A DNA stretch of 64,000 bases from Octopus vulgaris (lineage: Eukaryota): NCBI GenBank assembly GCA_951406725.2, contig OX597816.1:168082001-168146000 (forward strand), read 5' to 3'. The notes beneath the pieces were generated by a model. It saw only the letters and a program-made list of their open reading frames with translations. It did no database searches and was not told the origin of the DNA. Every line of letters starts with the position of its first letter. The stretch's first letter is position 1. The translations under genes were made by a program, and so were the position numbers. Shown in pieces: positions 23,889 through 36,662 of the stretch.

Positions 23889-25129
23889 TCATCATCATCA
23901 TCATCATTTAGCGTCCGTTTTCCATGCTAGCATGGGTTGGACGGTTCAACTGGGGTCTGGGGAGCCCGAAGGCTGCACCAGGCCAGTCAGATCTGGCAGT
24001 GTTTCTACAGCTGGATGCCCTTCCTAACGCCAACCACTCCGAGAGTGTAGTGGGTGATTTTATGTGCCACCGACACAGGTGCCAGACGAGGCTGGCGAAC
24101 GGCCACGCTCGGATGGTGTTTTTATGTGCCACCGACACAGGTGCCAGACGAGGCTGGCAGACGGCCACGCTCGGATGGTGTTTTTATGTGCCACCGACAC
24201 AGGTGCCAGATGAGGCTGGCGGACGGCCACGATCGGATGGTGTTTGTTACGTCCCCAAAGCACGGAGGCCAGTCTATGCGGTACTGGCTACGGCCACGTT
24301 TGGATGATTTTCTTGTGTGCCACCGGCACTGGTACCACAAAGATACAAATTCCATTGATGTTCATCTATTTTGATTTGTTTTGATTTGATTTGATTTTCA
24401 CTTGCCTCAACAGGTCTTCACAAGTGTCACAAGAAGGAAGGTATGCACAGGTGGACTGACTACGTCCCAGGTAGGGGCCACGGGTTATGGCCTGACTAGT
24501 CTTGCCGGGTCTTCGGATGGTGTTTTTATGTGCCATCGACACAGGTGCCAGATGAGGCTGGCGAACGGCCACGATCGGATGGTGTTTGTTGCGTGCCCAC
24601 AGCACGGAGGCCAGTCGATGCGGTACTGGCTACGGCCACGTTCGGATGGTTTTCTTGTGTGCCACCGGCACTGGTACCACAAAGATACAAATTCCATTGA
24701 TGTTCATCTATTTTGATTTGATTTGATTTGATTTTCACTTGCCTCAACAGGTCTTCACAGGTCTTCACAAGTGTCACAAGAAGGAAGGAAGGTATGCACA
24801 GGTGGACTGACTACGTCCCAAGTAGGGGCCACGGGTTATGGCCTGACTAGTCTTGCCGGGTCTTCGGTTGGTGTTTTTATGTGCCACCGACACAGGTGCC
24901 AGATGAGGCTGGCGGACGGCCACGATCGGATGGTGTTTGTTATGTGCCCACATCACAGAGGCCAGTCGATGCGGTACTGGCTACGGCCACGTTCGGATGG
25001 TTTTCTTGTGTGCCACCGGTACTGGTACCACAAAGATACAAATTCCATTGATGTTCATCTATTTTGATTTGGTTTGATTTGATTTGATTTGATTTTGATT
25101 TTCACTTGCCTCAACAGGTCTACACAAGT
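23886..25129 (-). mobile_element. RTE 3'UTR copy with internal tandem duplications (58-bp and about 345-bp units)
   Basis: (CAT)n at 23886. Repeated blocks start near 24178, 24519 and 24871. Confidence 0.85.
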
Positions 25130-25199
25130 ATATACATAATATATATATAGACAATAAAATGTATATATATGTGTGTGTGTATGCATGTATATATATATG

Positions 25200-25544
25200 A
25201 GATAATAGTTTCACTTTTAATAGTTTCAGTATTAATAGTGAGACTATTAAAACTGGAAGTATTATCTTACATTACAATAGAGATGTTATTGTTTTGCTTT
25301 TGACAAGTAATACCGAAATAGTGTAAGAGACAAGAGATTGCCCTGGGTGCACATTAGGCAAGAAGTTTTTGGCCCATGACACTGCACGTACCCTAAGTAA
25401 GGCATGTATAAAATTTGAAGGAAGTCCGACAGGTAGTTCTCGAGTTTTAGTAATGCACACATACTGATACACAGGACAGACAGACAGACTGACAGATAGA
25501 TAGACAGACAGATGCACATTCTCAGTTTTATATATATATAGAGA
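25200..25544 (-). mobile_element. Helitron-type non-autonomous element, 5' part
   Basis: Minus strand begins TCTCTATATATATAAAACTGAG followed by a (TCTG)n tract. No 3' CTAG end seen. Confidence 0.6.
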
Positions 25545-25557
25545 TTTGGTCAACATA

Positions 25558-25967
25558 GGTGCAGGAGTGGCTGTGTGGTAAGTAGCTTGCTAACCAACCA
25601 CATGGTTCTGGGTTCAGTCCCACTGCATGGCATCTTGGGCAAGTGTCTTCTGCTATAGCCTCGGGCCGACCAAAGCCTTGTGAATGGATTTGGTAGACGG
25701 AAACTGAAAGAAGCCTGTCGTATATGTGTATATATATATATGTATGTGTATGTGTGTGTATGTGTTTGTCCCTCTAGCATTGCTCGACAACCGATGCTGG
25801 TGTGTTTATGTCCCCGTAACTTAGCGGTTTGACAAAAGAGACTGATAGAATAAGTACTGGGCTTACAAAGAATAAGTCCCGGGGTCGATTTGCTCGACTA
25901 AAGGCGGTGCTCCAGCATGGCTGCAGTCAAATGACTGAAACAAGTAAAAGAGTAAAGAGTAAAGAGT
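25558..25967 (+). mobile_element. SINE family A
   Basis: Full-length match to the family. Confidence 0.9.
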
Positions 25968-27842
25968 ATTTGAATTAAAAACATAGAGAAAATGTATTCA
26001 GCATAAACACAGGTAATCTAAAATATGGGATTTACTAAACAAAAGGCTGTAGGACATATTCCTGTGAATTTATTATCAAACATTCAAAGAGTTCTTCACC
26101 TGAGCTTTTCATTTTGTTGTTTTTATATTGTAGTTGATATCACAGCAACTGGAAATGCATTGAGTAGTCATTAGAATCCAAAGAAGTAAGACTATAGTTG
26201 ATGATGAAGTGGATAAAGGGCTGATCACATGGATCAGTAATTTGAAAGCAGGCTGCTTATTGATTGTGTATAATTGTAGAATGTGATACAATTATTCCAT
26301 TGATAACAGATGTTTCTGCTATCCACTTCGATCAACCCTTATACAAAATCTATTGGTACCACTTTTAAAACCACCAAAACACCAAGTATCATTTTTCCTT
26401 TCAACAATATTTTTTTTGTTGCCAGTATCATCAATAATTTTTTTTGCTGTGAATAAATATACACATCCAACAAATATCTCTCACAAAGTTATTCCAATTA
26501 ACTGTTGCACTTGCAGCTCATTTATTAGAATTTTTTTTTTTTTTTTGGAGGACAGTTGATTGGTTGCCTGAGTAAAAGATCTTTCATTTATAGACTATTT
26601 TTTTTATATGTATGACAGTTCCACTTCATCATCATCATCATCATCATCATCGTTTAGAGTCCGCTTTCCATGCTAGCATGGGTTGGACGGTTCAACTGGG
26701 GTCTGGGAAGCCAGAAGGCTGCACCAGGCCCAGTCTGATCTGGCAATGTTTCTACGGCTGGATGCCCTTCCTAGTGCCAACCACTTCTTAATATTAATTG
26801 GAGACTCAAGGCAGCGAATTGGCAGAATTGCACAATGGGAAAACTGCTTTGCAGCATTTCATTCACTTTTACATTCTGAGTTCAAATACCGCTGAGGTCA
26901 GTTTTGCCTTTCATCCTTTTGGGGTTGCTAAAAGAAGTACTAATATAACACTGGGGTCAATGTAATCAACTCATTTGTCCCTTAAAATTGCAAGCTTTGT
27001 GCCAAAATTTGAAACAAAAACGCACAGGAATTTTTGGCCCATTTCACAACTTCATGAAAGGTATTACATTGTTCCCTCCACATCTCAACTGGTGACCAGA
27101 TCGAGAATAATTTTTCCAAAATTAATTTCTAAAGTGCTCAAATCCAGGAATGGTAATTGTTGAACTATTTGGGGGAAGAGCAGAAATAGGATTGTATGAT
27201 TTTGGATGTAGTGATTTCAGAACTGAAAAGTATTGTGACTGTTGTGTACCATACATTACATAAAAACATCAGAACACTAAACTGTTCAGAAGATTGCAGC
27301 AAATAACCTCATAAAAAAGTCAATAGAGAGTGAAAGACTACTACCATTAACCATTTTAATGCATATAATAATGTCTTGAAGATGACCATCTGAATAAGAC
27401 ATTTTCAAAAATATCTTTCAGCAATCTTATTCAATTTCCGGTTTTGTGAATGCACACTTTATAACCAAATTTCAACACACACTGAGATGATAGGTTTAGG
27501 CTGAGGTCATCCTTCATTGAAGGTAGTCCAATCATGACGATCACATTTTTTAAGGCTAAATGTGTCCCAGACAACATCTATCCAGGTTCTTTACTTATTA
27601 AATAGTTAATGAATCGTATATGATTAAGAACCTTTTCCCAAAGAGTTCTAAAATATTGTTCTCTAACAAGGTGCCGGCATGGCTGTATGGTAAGCAGTTT
27701 GCTTCCTAACCACATGGGTCAAGCTTCAGTCTCACTGTGTTGCACCTTGGGCAAATATCTTCTACTGTAGCCTCAGGCCGACCAAAGCCTTGTGAGTGGA
27801 TTTGATAGAAACTGAAAGAAGACCATTGTGTGTATGTATGTG

Positions 27843-27896
<54 letters not shown>

Positions 27897-27979
27897 ATCC
27901 AACATGAAAACATAACAATGTGAGGACGTGGAACAAATATAGTATTATTGGACACTCAGGAAGGAAGGGAAGAAGGAGG

Positions 27980-28014
27980 GTTTAACATTTCGAGCGGAGC
28001 TTTTCATCAGAAAC
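27980..28014 (-). ncRNA. Minimal type I hammerhead motif
   Basis: Minus strand: GTTT CTGATGA A AAGC-tcc-GCTC GAAA T GTT AAAC. Stem I is GTTT/AAAC and stem III is loopless and near-palindromic. Confidence 0.65.
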
Positions 28015-28199
28015 ATAGGAAAAGGAAAGATCCAGAGAAGGGAAGACGGAGGAAAACAAATCACCAACAGTACACACGCGGTCACATTATGAGTGTATTT
28101 TTGCTTTGTTAACAATTAACACGGAAAAAATAAATAAATAGTTACCAGGGTAGCAAAAAATCACACAAAATATTACGCTTAATTTATACAGTAACTCTT

Positions 28200-29620
28200 A
28201 CTTCCCATATTGACCAATCTTAAGTACATTAGCAAATTTAGTAATCATTCTAGGGCAATTACTAAGAACTTAGTTAAGAATATTTCATTTAGATTTTCTA
28301 AATTATCTGCTAATGTTGACATTTTCAATGATAACGCTAAATTTTATAACTCTGCCTTAATTAAAGCAGGTTATACAGAGAAAATTTTCTACATAGATTC
28401 TACTCAGTCTAATTCTAAATTCAATAATGTAGATATGAATTCTAGTTGTAAAAGAATTATTGATAACAAACATAACTTATGCACTGATACAAAGTGGATG
28501 AAGGGAGATAACCCTTATTTAATCCCCTATTATCATTCTAAAAGTAAATGTAACATTTTCATAAATAATTACGCTAAAAATACTAGTAAAAATATTTGGC
28601 TAATAGTTCTATATGGGAGACAAATTAAATCTAATCTCCCACTGCTATTTCGTCAAGCTATTGTTAGGAATTTTCCAAAGAATTCTAGGTATTACTCTAT
28701 TATCAATTCACATACAGCTAGGATTGGTTTTTTCCAACACAAAAAAATCTCTTACAAATTATCTCTTCACATAATAACAAACTGTTAAATATTAATACAT
28801 TTACTAATACTAACATTAATTTAGCTAATACCATCCACCACTCTAGAAATATTAATAACAAGGTTATTGTATCCGAAGTCAATTCCAACAGAATTAAGTT
28901 TATGTCAAGTAACTCTAAAATTAAAAATTCTATATACCAGTGTATAATCAATACTAGGAATAAAGTACGATTTTACATTGGGAGCACATCGTTAGAGTTA
29001 TCTAAAAGAATTTCTATTCATCACTCAATATTTAGGGATAGAAATAAACATAACAGTACTGGGCTCAGTAAATTAATTTCGGATCTAAAAGACCACAATG
29101 AACAATTTAATTTAGAATGGTTGATTCTCTCAATCTCAATACCTTATGACAAAGCCAAGGGATTCTATCTTCTCTGTAATTCTGAACTATTTTTCATTAT
29201 TTTTTCTAAAAATCCCCTAGTAAACACGGTTATAGAGCGTGCATATCGATGTAAACATTGGCAAAAACACACCTTTAGTGCATATAAGTAGTCTCTATCA
29301 TTATATATAATTTAAAGATTAATTTCCTTTATATTTAACATTCACTATTAATATCCCTACTCTTTCTTTAAGCTACTTCTGACGTTATATCATATAATGT
29401 TTTTTCAAACAATATTAACAGCGTTCAGTAAATCACTATACATATCCATCATTTTTTTGATAAAATGTCTTATTGACGAGTTTCATTTTTTCACTTCCAT
29501 GAAGAGAAGATTGCATTGTTTAATACCATTTATTCTTTTGAATAATATCAGTGAAATCTTTGAAATATGTGTCGAAAGTAAAAAGTATTTGATTTATACC
29601 TGCGTTAAACTCCATTTATA
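28200..29620 (+). mobile_element. Penelope-like element 3' part: RT thumb, GIY-YIG endonuclease and terminal region
   Basis: SNHSRAITKNLVKNIS.RFSKLS...YNSALIKAGY and SIYQC...FYIGST...KRISIH...STGLSK...W.IL...LCNSE...CKH. Confidence 0.9.
29493..29579 (+). ncRNA. Degenerate type I hammerhead motif at Penelope 3' end
   Basis: ACTTCC aTGAAGA GAAGATTGCATTG...CAGTGAAATCTTT GAAA T atgt GTC GAAAGT; C3 is mutated. Confidence 0.55.
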
Positions 29621-30473
29621 TATATATAGATCATCACCATCATTTAAAATCTATCTTCCATGTATGCATGGGTAGAACAGTTGACAGGAGCTGGCCAGGT
29701 AGAAGACTACATCTGTCTGTTTTGGCAGGGATTTTACACCCAGATGCCTTCCTGATACCAACCACTCTGCAGAGTGGACTGAGTGCTTTTTACATGGCAC
29801 CTGTACAAGTGAGGTCAGCTTTGGCAAGATTTTTACAGCTGGATGTTCTTCCAAATGCCAACCACTTTACAGTGTGGACTGGATGCTTTTAATGTGACAC
29901 CAGCACTGGCAGGGTAACCAAGTAACTTGTGCAAGACAAGGAATCTTGAGAGTGGGGGGAACATTGGAGGAGGGGATCTTGTGTCAGATGATGAAATGTT
30001 AGTGTGCCACAGAGAAACATAAAAGCAGAAGCAAGTGTCTTGCTATAGAGGAGGTACATGATTACCTCGCTAGATAGAGAGAAAGAGAAGAGCGAGACAG
30101 AGAAAGTGATGGAGAAGAGAGAGACAGAGGAAGAAAAGAGAGAGAGAAAGAGGAAGAGAAGGGAGGGGGAAGGGAGAGAAAGGGGGAGAGAGAGAGAGGG
30201 ATGAGAGAAAGGTACACGAAAGAGGACAGAAACAGGTGTGCTGATGCAAAAGAGATACTTGATTACCTAGCCAGAGGAAAAAGCGAGAAGAGAGTGAGTG
30301 ATGCAGAATAATGGCAGAAACAGGTATGCTGCTGTTATATGTATATGTGTATGTAGTACAACTAAAATTCCTCAAGGTGATGCCTTGGAATGGTCATAAT
30401 CTAATGACTGAAACAAGTAAAAGATAACATTTGAATTTGAATGTTACAACATCTTATTTTTTAAAACTTTTTG

Positions 30474-31709
30474 TTAGGTCATCCCATAAATAATGAGGCT
30501 TTTTTAAACTTTTATTTTTCGAAATTAAGATAAACAAAGTTCTCTTTTAAACTAAAATATACTCTTCTTCATTTTCTACAATGGAAGACTTGCAAGGTCC
30601 CTTTTCCAAAATTCACATGTCCATGATGAAAATTACTTCTCCAGTACTGTTCTGACTTCATCTACAGAATTCATATTTTTCTGTCCAAATAATTTTGAAG
30701 ACTGCACAATAAATGATAATCAGATGGGGCATTGTTTCCCCTTCAAACTGCTCCAGCTTTTGGAATGGCACCCTCGTTGTATGTGGCCGAACATTATCCT
30801 GATGGAAGAACACCTTTCATCATGAAACCAAAGGTGATTATTTTTCTTCTAGCGCTGATTTAAGCCACTGAAACTGCTCACAGTAGATCTCCTTTGTTAT
30901 CATTTGGTTTGGGTTTAAAAGTTCAAAGTGGAGTAAACCTTTCATATCCCACCAAACAGATAACAACACCTTACATGGGTGAAGACCTTCTTTAGCCTGG
31001 GGTGCCCATGTTTCTCCTGTCCCTACCCATTGCCTTCAGCACTTGACAATTTTATAGAGAACCCATTTCTTGTCACCAGTCACTATTCAGTCCAAAAAAA
31101 GGTTCATTCATGAGACGTGACAGCAAAGAAGAGCACACATTCAATCTCTGCACATAATTAGACTCAGAAAGTTTGTGAGGAACCCATTGACCCAATTTGC
31201 TGACTTTTCCAATGGCACACAGGTGTTGATGAATGGTTGAATGGCCAAATCCAAGCTTCTCTGCTAGTTCCTCAACAGTTACGATGTGATTTTGTTCCAC
31301 CAGGGTTTGCAGAGCATCCTTGTCCAACTCTACAGATCTTCCAAGACAAGGTTCCTCTTGTAGGCTTTATTTTTGGCTCAGAATTTCTAGAACCACCATT
31401 GACACTGGCTTTGTCTGATCCCCATATACTGCATTAATATTCCTCACCATTTCCATTGCATTGTTGTCTTTATTGAACTCATAAAGCAAAATATGATGAA
31501 TATGCTCTTTTGTCACTTCCATTACAGCTTTGAAAAAATAAGTGTTAGAATCGAAATGCACTCTTCAAAAGTTTGACAAAGAATAAGTCAAGGTAAAATT
31601 ACTACCTGCCTTTATAGCAAGTTGATACAGGTAGTTTATCCTATCTCCTCTGACTTTTAGTTCATACAGTTGGGAAAAAAAAAAACACACTATTTATGGG
31701 ATGACCCAA
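30474..31709 (-). mobile_element. Full-length decayed mariner transposon
   Basis: TIRs TTrGGTCATCCCATAAATA, with TA at the right end. Motifs MEVTKEHI..ILLYEFNK, GQWVPHKL, HQDNVRPH and APSDYHL, with stops and frameshifts. Confidence 0.92.
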
Positions 31710-32010
31710 TATTTTTTTTATTTGTTTTGCCCATTGAACTTTGGCTTTGCTGAGGCACTGCCTTAAAAAGTGTAGTCAAACAAATTAACCCCAACAGTTA
31801 TTTCTTCAATTCCGTACTGATTCTATTGTCAAACCACTAAGTAAAAAGGACATAAACAAACCAACACTGGTTGTCAAGTGATGATGAGGGAGTAGAAACA
31901 CAAAAACACACATACACACACATATATATACATACATACACATACACTCACATGCAAACACACAAATACACACACACACATACATATATATGTGTATATT
32001 TATCTATCTA

Positions 32011-32059
<49 letters not shown>

Positions 32060-32479
32060 ATATATAAATATACTGTAAATGCTTGTGCAACTGCATGCAC
32101 ATATGTGTGATGCATGTATATATAAATGTATATGCATGCATATGCATGTATAAATACATATATGGATGCGCATAAGCATGCATGTGTATATATGCATGTG
32201 TATGTATAGGAATATGTCTATATCAGGATATATTTGTGTGTATATGTATACATGTTTGCAATTATATATGCATGTGAGTGCATGTGTACGTATGCCATTA
32301 TACCTTCTTTCCTCCTCTCCTATTCCTATATATCACTAACCTATCAAATACCTCAATTTATAGTAATTTCACATCCTTGTATTCTTCCCTCCACCTCAAA
32401 TTTTACTATCAAAATCACTATTCACTTTGGTATCACACCACCCATACCTTTTCTCTACCATTTCTCTACCTATCCCTTA

Positions 32480-32940
32480 ATCATCATCATCATCATCATC
32501 GTTTAGCGTCCGTTTTCCATGCTAGCATGGGTTGGACGGTTCTACTGGGGTCTGTGAAGCCAGAAGGCTTCATCAGGCCCAGTCAAATCTGGCAGTGTTT
32601 CTACGGCTGGATGCCCTTCCTAACGCCAACCACTCCGTGAGTGTAGTGGGTGCTTTTTACGTGCCACCCGCACAGGTGCCAGACAGAGCTGGCAAACGGC
32701 CATGAACGGATGGTGCTTTTTACGTGCCACCGGCACGAGGCCAGTCGGGGCGGCACTGGCAACGGTCGCGAAACAGAAGGTTCTCTTACATGCCACCGGC
32801 ACTGGTAACACATCTGCAATTTCCATTGATCGATTTCGATTCTGATCCTCACCTGCCTCAACAGGTCTTCACAAGTAGAGTTTCGACATGCCGCCGGCAC
32901 TGGTAACACATCTGCAATTTCCATTGATCGATTTCGATTA
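32480..32940 (-). mobile_element. RTE 3'UTR-derived repeat (family D)
   Basis: (CAT)n plus family D body and a small internal duplication. Confidence 0.85.
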
Positions 32941-33543
32941 ATGCAGCTGTCATATCACCCCTACTCACATACCTCACGTTATTTTACTCCTTACCTTCTC
33001 ATCTCTTCCTATCCCTCCCCCACACCCCTCCCACCTTCCCATCACATTATCTTGACCACCAACTAACACTCCTTTTCTCACTTCCTTCACTCTTTTTTCT
33101 TTTTCTTTTCTTCACTCTTTGTTTTTCTCTCTCCTTTTGCCTATTTTTCTTTTTTTCTCTCTTTCTTCCTCTCATTTTCTTTTCCTGTTTTAAATTTGAC
33201 CTGTCTCCTCTTTCTAATCATACACATCTCTCCTCCTTTCATCTATCCACAATATTACCAATACATTCTCAAATTTTCATTCACACCACAAAATCCTTTC
33301 AAATGAGGACCACTGATTACATGGCTCCATATTTTGAAATGACTAAACATGAACTACTATTGGACTTATATACTACGTACAGGAAACTTTTTTACCCTTC
33401 TATACAGTATTTTCCTTGAATAATGAAACAGCAACTACAATATCCTTATATATCTTATTTCTACTTTCATTCTCTTATTTCCCTCGATATTCCCTGTCTA
33501 CACCTTTTCCACCATAATTCGAACTCAAATATTTTCTCACACT

Positions 33544-33591
33544 GTCTCTAATGAAGGGATATCCATAATATCCCAGAAACAGCTGTAAGAC
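33544..33591 (+). ncRNA. Degenerate type I hammerhead motif
   Basis: GTCT CTaATGA A GGGATAT-ccata-ATATCCC A GAAAC agct GTA AGAC; G5 is mutated to A. Confidence 0.6.
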
Positions 33592-34472
33592 TATTTCATT
33601 ATAAATGCCCTGAAAACTCCTCACAGCCTTGGATTTGTTATCTCATTCTGTCTAATATATATATATATATAAATATACATACATATATATTGTATTAATA
33701 AAATATAGAAAACAGGTATGGTAATGCCTAGGATATATTTTTGCCTTAGAAGAAATTAGATGTCCACAGTCTAGGATACATTCTGCCCTAAAAAAAAAGT
33801 AGGTGGCCACAGCTGGAATGCTTTTCAATAAATGTTTTCCCAATTAGAGCTAAATGTATTATTTTTGTGTTAAAAATTCAAAATAAATTCCAACATGTCC
33901 AGATCTGAAAAGTAAACTGCTACATCAAGTAATATTTAAGAAAAAATATTCAATCTCTGGGGTTTCATAGATTACTGTTATTATTTTGCTCTAGACGTCT
34001 GCAATAAAACCCATAATTTTAAACTTTCCATGGCGATTTACATAATACCAAGTGATTTCAATAATGGAAAGGAAATTTGATAATATTCATGTTTATTTTG
34101 TTATTACCATTACAGTGGTCATGTTGTGTGAAGGACCTAGTTTTTGTCCCAATTATAATGATTCTGATTACTCAAGTCCAGTAATGAAGTCCCACAGTAA
34201 AACATTTGTCTGTGTGGGATATTCTATCTTCAGAAGCTTTAATTAACTGAATATCCTAGTTCATCTCTGTTAAACTGGTAACGATGTTAAAAACACTGAT
34301 TGCACAATTATCAAATTAAGTTACATGATATAACATGTAAACATATAAAACATGAAACATTACAATAATATGAATGTTGTAAGTCATCATTGACATAACA
34401 GATTTAACACTTTCATGTTAATTCATAATTAGCAGGAAATTTTCATTATTATAGAATTCCCTAGTTTTCTCA

Positions 34473-34905
34473 AGTATGATCGTTACCAGCGTCGCCTTAC
34501 TGACACTTATGCCTGTGCTAGTAGGGTGCCAAGAACACCATCCGAGCGTGATCATTGTGATCATTGCCAGAGCAGCCAACTGGCTTCCGTACCCATGGCA
34601 TGTAAAAGGGCACCATTCGAGCATGATCGTTACCAACGTCACTTCACTGGCACCTGTGTCGGTGGCACGTGTAAAAAGATTCGAGCGAGGTCATTGCCAG
34701 TACTGCCTGACTGGCCCCCATGCCGGTGGCACGTAAAAAGCACCCACTACACTCTCGGGGTGGTTGGCATTAGGAAGGGCATCCAGCTGTAGAAACTCTG
34801 CCAGATCAAGACTGGAGCCTGGTGCAGCCATGTGGTTGCCAGCCCTCAGTCAAAACCGTCCAACCCATGCTAGCATGGAAAACGGATGTTAAATGATGAT
34901 GATGA
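34473..34905 (+). mobile_element. RTE 3'UTR-derived repeat (family D)
   Basis: Hairpin modules and (GAT)n tail, about 100 bp from exon B. Confidence 0.85.
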
Positions 34906-35002
34906 AATAAAAATATCTTACTAATCATAATTTCATTTATAAAATAACATACAGTTATAAAATGTAGAGTGAGGTACAATGATTGCATGAAATATAACTT
35001 AC

Positions 35003-35099
35003 CAATCATATTCTTGCTGATCATCAATAATAACACGAATGACATAAAGGAGACAAGCCAAAAGACGTATGATCAAGTCAAATATGATAGCCACTCGAC
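35003..35099 (-). CDS. Slo2: Slo2/KCNT-like exon B (97 bp, phase 1 to 2), S1: RRVAIIFDLIIRLLACLLYVIRVIIDDQQEYDC
   Basis: Acceptor ttttattttcAG and donor GTaagt. LLACLLYVIRVIIDD matches the KCNT S1 motif LLTCLLYIVRVLLDD (recalled). Confidence 0.92.
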
Positions 35100-35172
35100 C
35101 TGAAAATAAAATCTAATATTAGGAAAAGGAAACATGAAAGAAAAATGTAGCATTTTACTATTTCTACTATTC

Positions 35173-35845
35173 TTGTACTCTTTACTCCTTTACTTGTTTC
35201 AGACATTTGACTGTGGTCATGCTGGAGCACCACCTTTAGTCGAACAAATCGATCTCTGGACTTATTCTTTCTAAGCGTAGTACTTATTCTATCGGTCTCT
35301 TTTGCCGAACCAGGTCTGCTCAGGACTTAGTGCTTGCTTTTTCCATGGGTATGAGTAAGTATTTTATTTATGTCTTACGTATTTATCGCTGACGAGGGGA
35401 AAATTCTTATGAATTAACCCCAAAATTGGAACCAATATGGTAATAACGGAATTTTTTAGAAATTTCTATCGGCATGTTTCAAGACGCATAAATTATATTG
35501 GTTTTCACAATTTTGTCGGTTTTCGGCATATTTAGCATTAGAATTTTTCTTTTGTCCTTATTTTGTAAGTTATTTATAAATTTAACCTTTAAAGGTATTT
35601 TTTGATATGCTGGCCATTGATAAAATTTTTTTTTTTGAAAAAAATTTTATCCTACATTAGTTATATATATATATATATATGACAACGGGCTTCTTTCAGT
35701 TTCCGTCTACCAAATCCATTAACAAGGCTTTGATCGGCCTGAGGCTATAGTAGAAGACACTTGCCCAAGGTGCCACGCAGTGAGACTGAACCCGGAACCA
35801 TGTGGTTAGTAAGCAAGTTACTTACCACACAGCCACTCCTGTGCC
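35173..35845 (-). mobile_element. SINE family A split by a hammerhead-bearing insert (about 35312-35660)
   Basis: 3' part at 35173-35311 and 5' part at 35680-35845. Confidence 0.75.
35378..35448 (+). ncRNA. Degenerate type I hammerhead motif
   Basis: TTATCG CTGACGA GGGG..AATTC-ttat-GAATT..CCCC aAAA TTGG-aa-CCA ATA TGGTAA; G12 is mutated to A. Confidence 0.6.
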
Positions 35846-36161
35846 TAGTAATTTTTTAATAAATAATTCCAATTTTCTTGGGAGGGAGGATAATGAAAAT
35901 TAAACCAATAATTCTATTTTGCAAAAATATTCATATTATCAAATTCATCTTAATAAAGTATACCCATTACGGGTATACAGAAAAATTATATTCTATCTTT
36001 TACTAGCTTCAATCACTAGAGTGCAGCCATGCTGGAGTATAGCCCTGAAAAATATTAGTCAAACAAATCAACCCCAATATTTATTTTACTTTTTAAAAGC
36101 CTGATAATTACTCTATCACTTCTCTTGCTGAACCACTAAGTTTATGCAAAGTCATGCATGT

Positions 36162-36452
36162 GATAACGTCACGTGACCAACCAGTCCATCAGATGTAGTT
36201 ACACATCGCTGGTCACAATGCGTTCGCATTGTTTTAGCCTTCGAGTGACGTCACCCCGCTGGCTAAGCGAGCAGGCCAACAGAGGAAAGAGTGCAAGAAA
36301 GAGTGGAGAAAGAGTACAGCAGGGATCACCACCCCCTGCCGGAGCCTCGTGGAGCTTTTAGGTTTTTTCGCTCAATAAACACTCACAACGCCCGGTCTGG
36401 GAATTGAAACCATGATCCTACGACCGTTGCCTTAACCACTGGGCCATTGCGC
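36162..36452 (-). mobile_element. SINE family B
   Basis: Reverse complement of the family B head. AAAGTCATGCATGT flanks both ends as a likely TSD. Confidence 0.85.
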
Positions 36453-36627
36453 AAAGTCATGCATGTATATATAAATATCTGTGTGTATGCTGCGACTCAA
36501 AATGCAATTTGAGAAAATTGATATTACCTAAGCAGTGTTAAGGTTTGTCATGCTGTAATATGATTCTGAACATTTTGTGTTCCTTTTCTAATTTTACCTT
36601 TAAGCTTATAATCCTCTTTTTTAAGCA

Positions 36628-36661
<34 letters not shown>

Positions 36662-36662
<1 letters not shown>

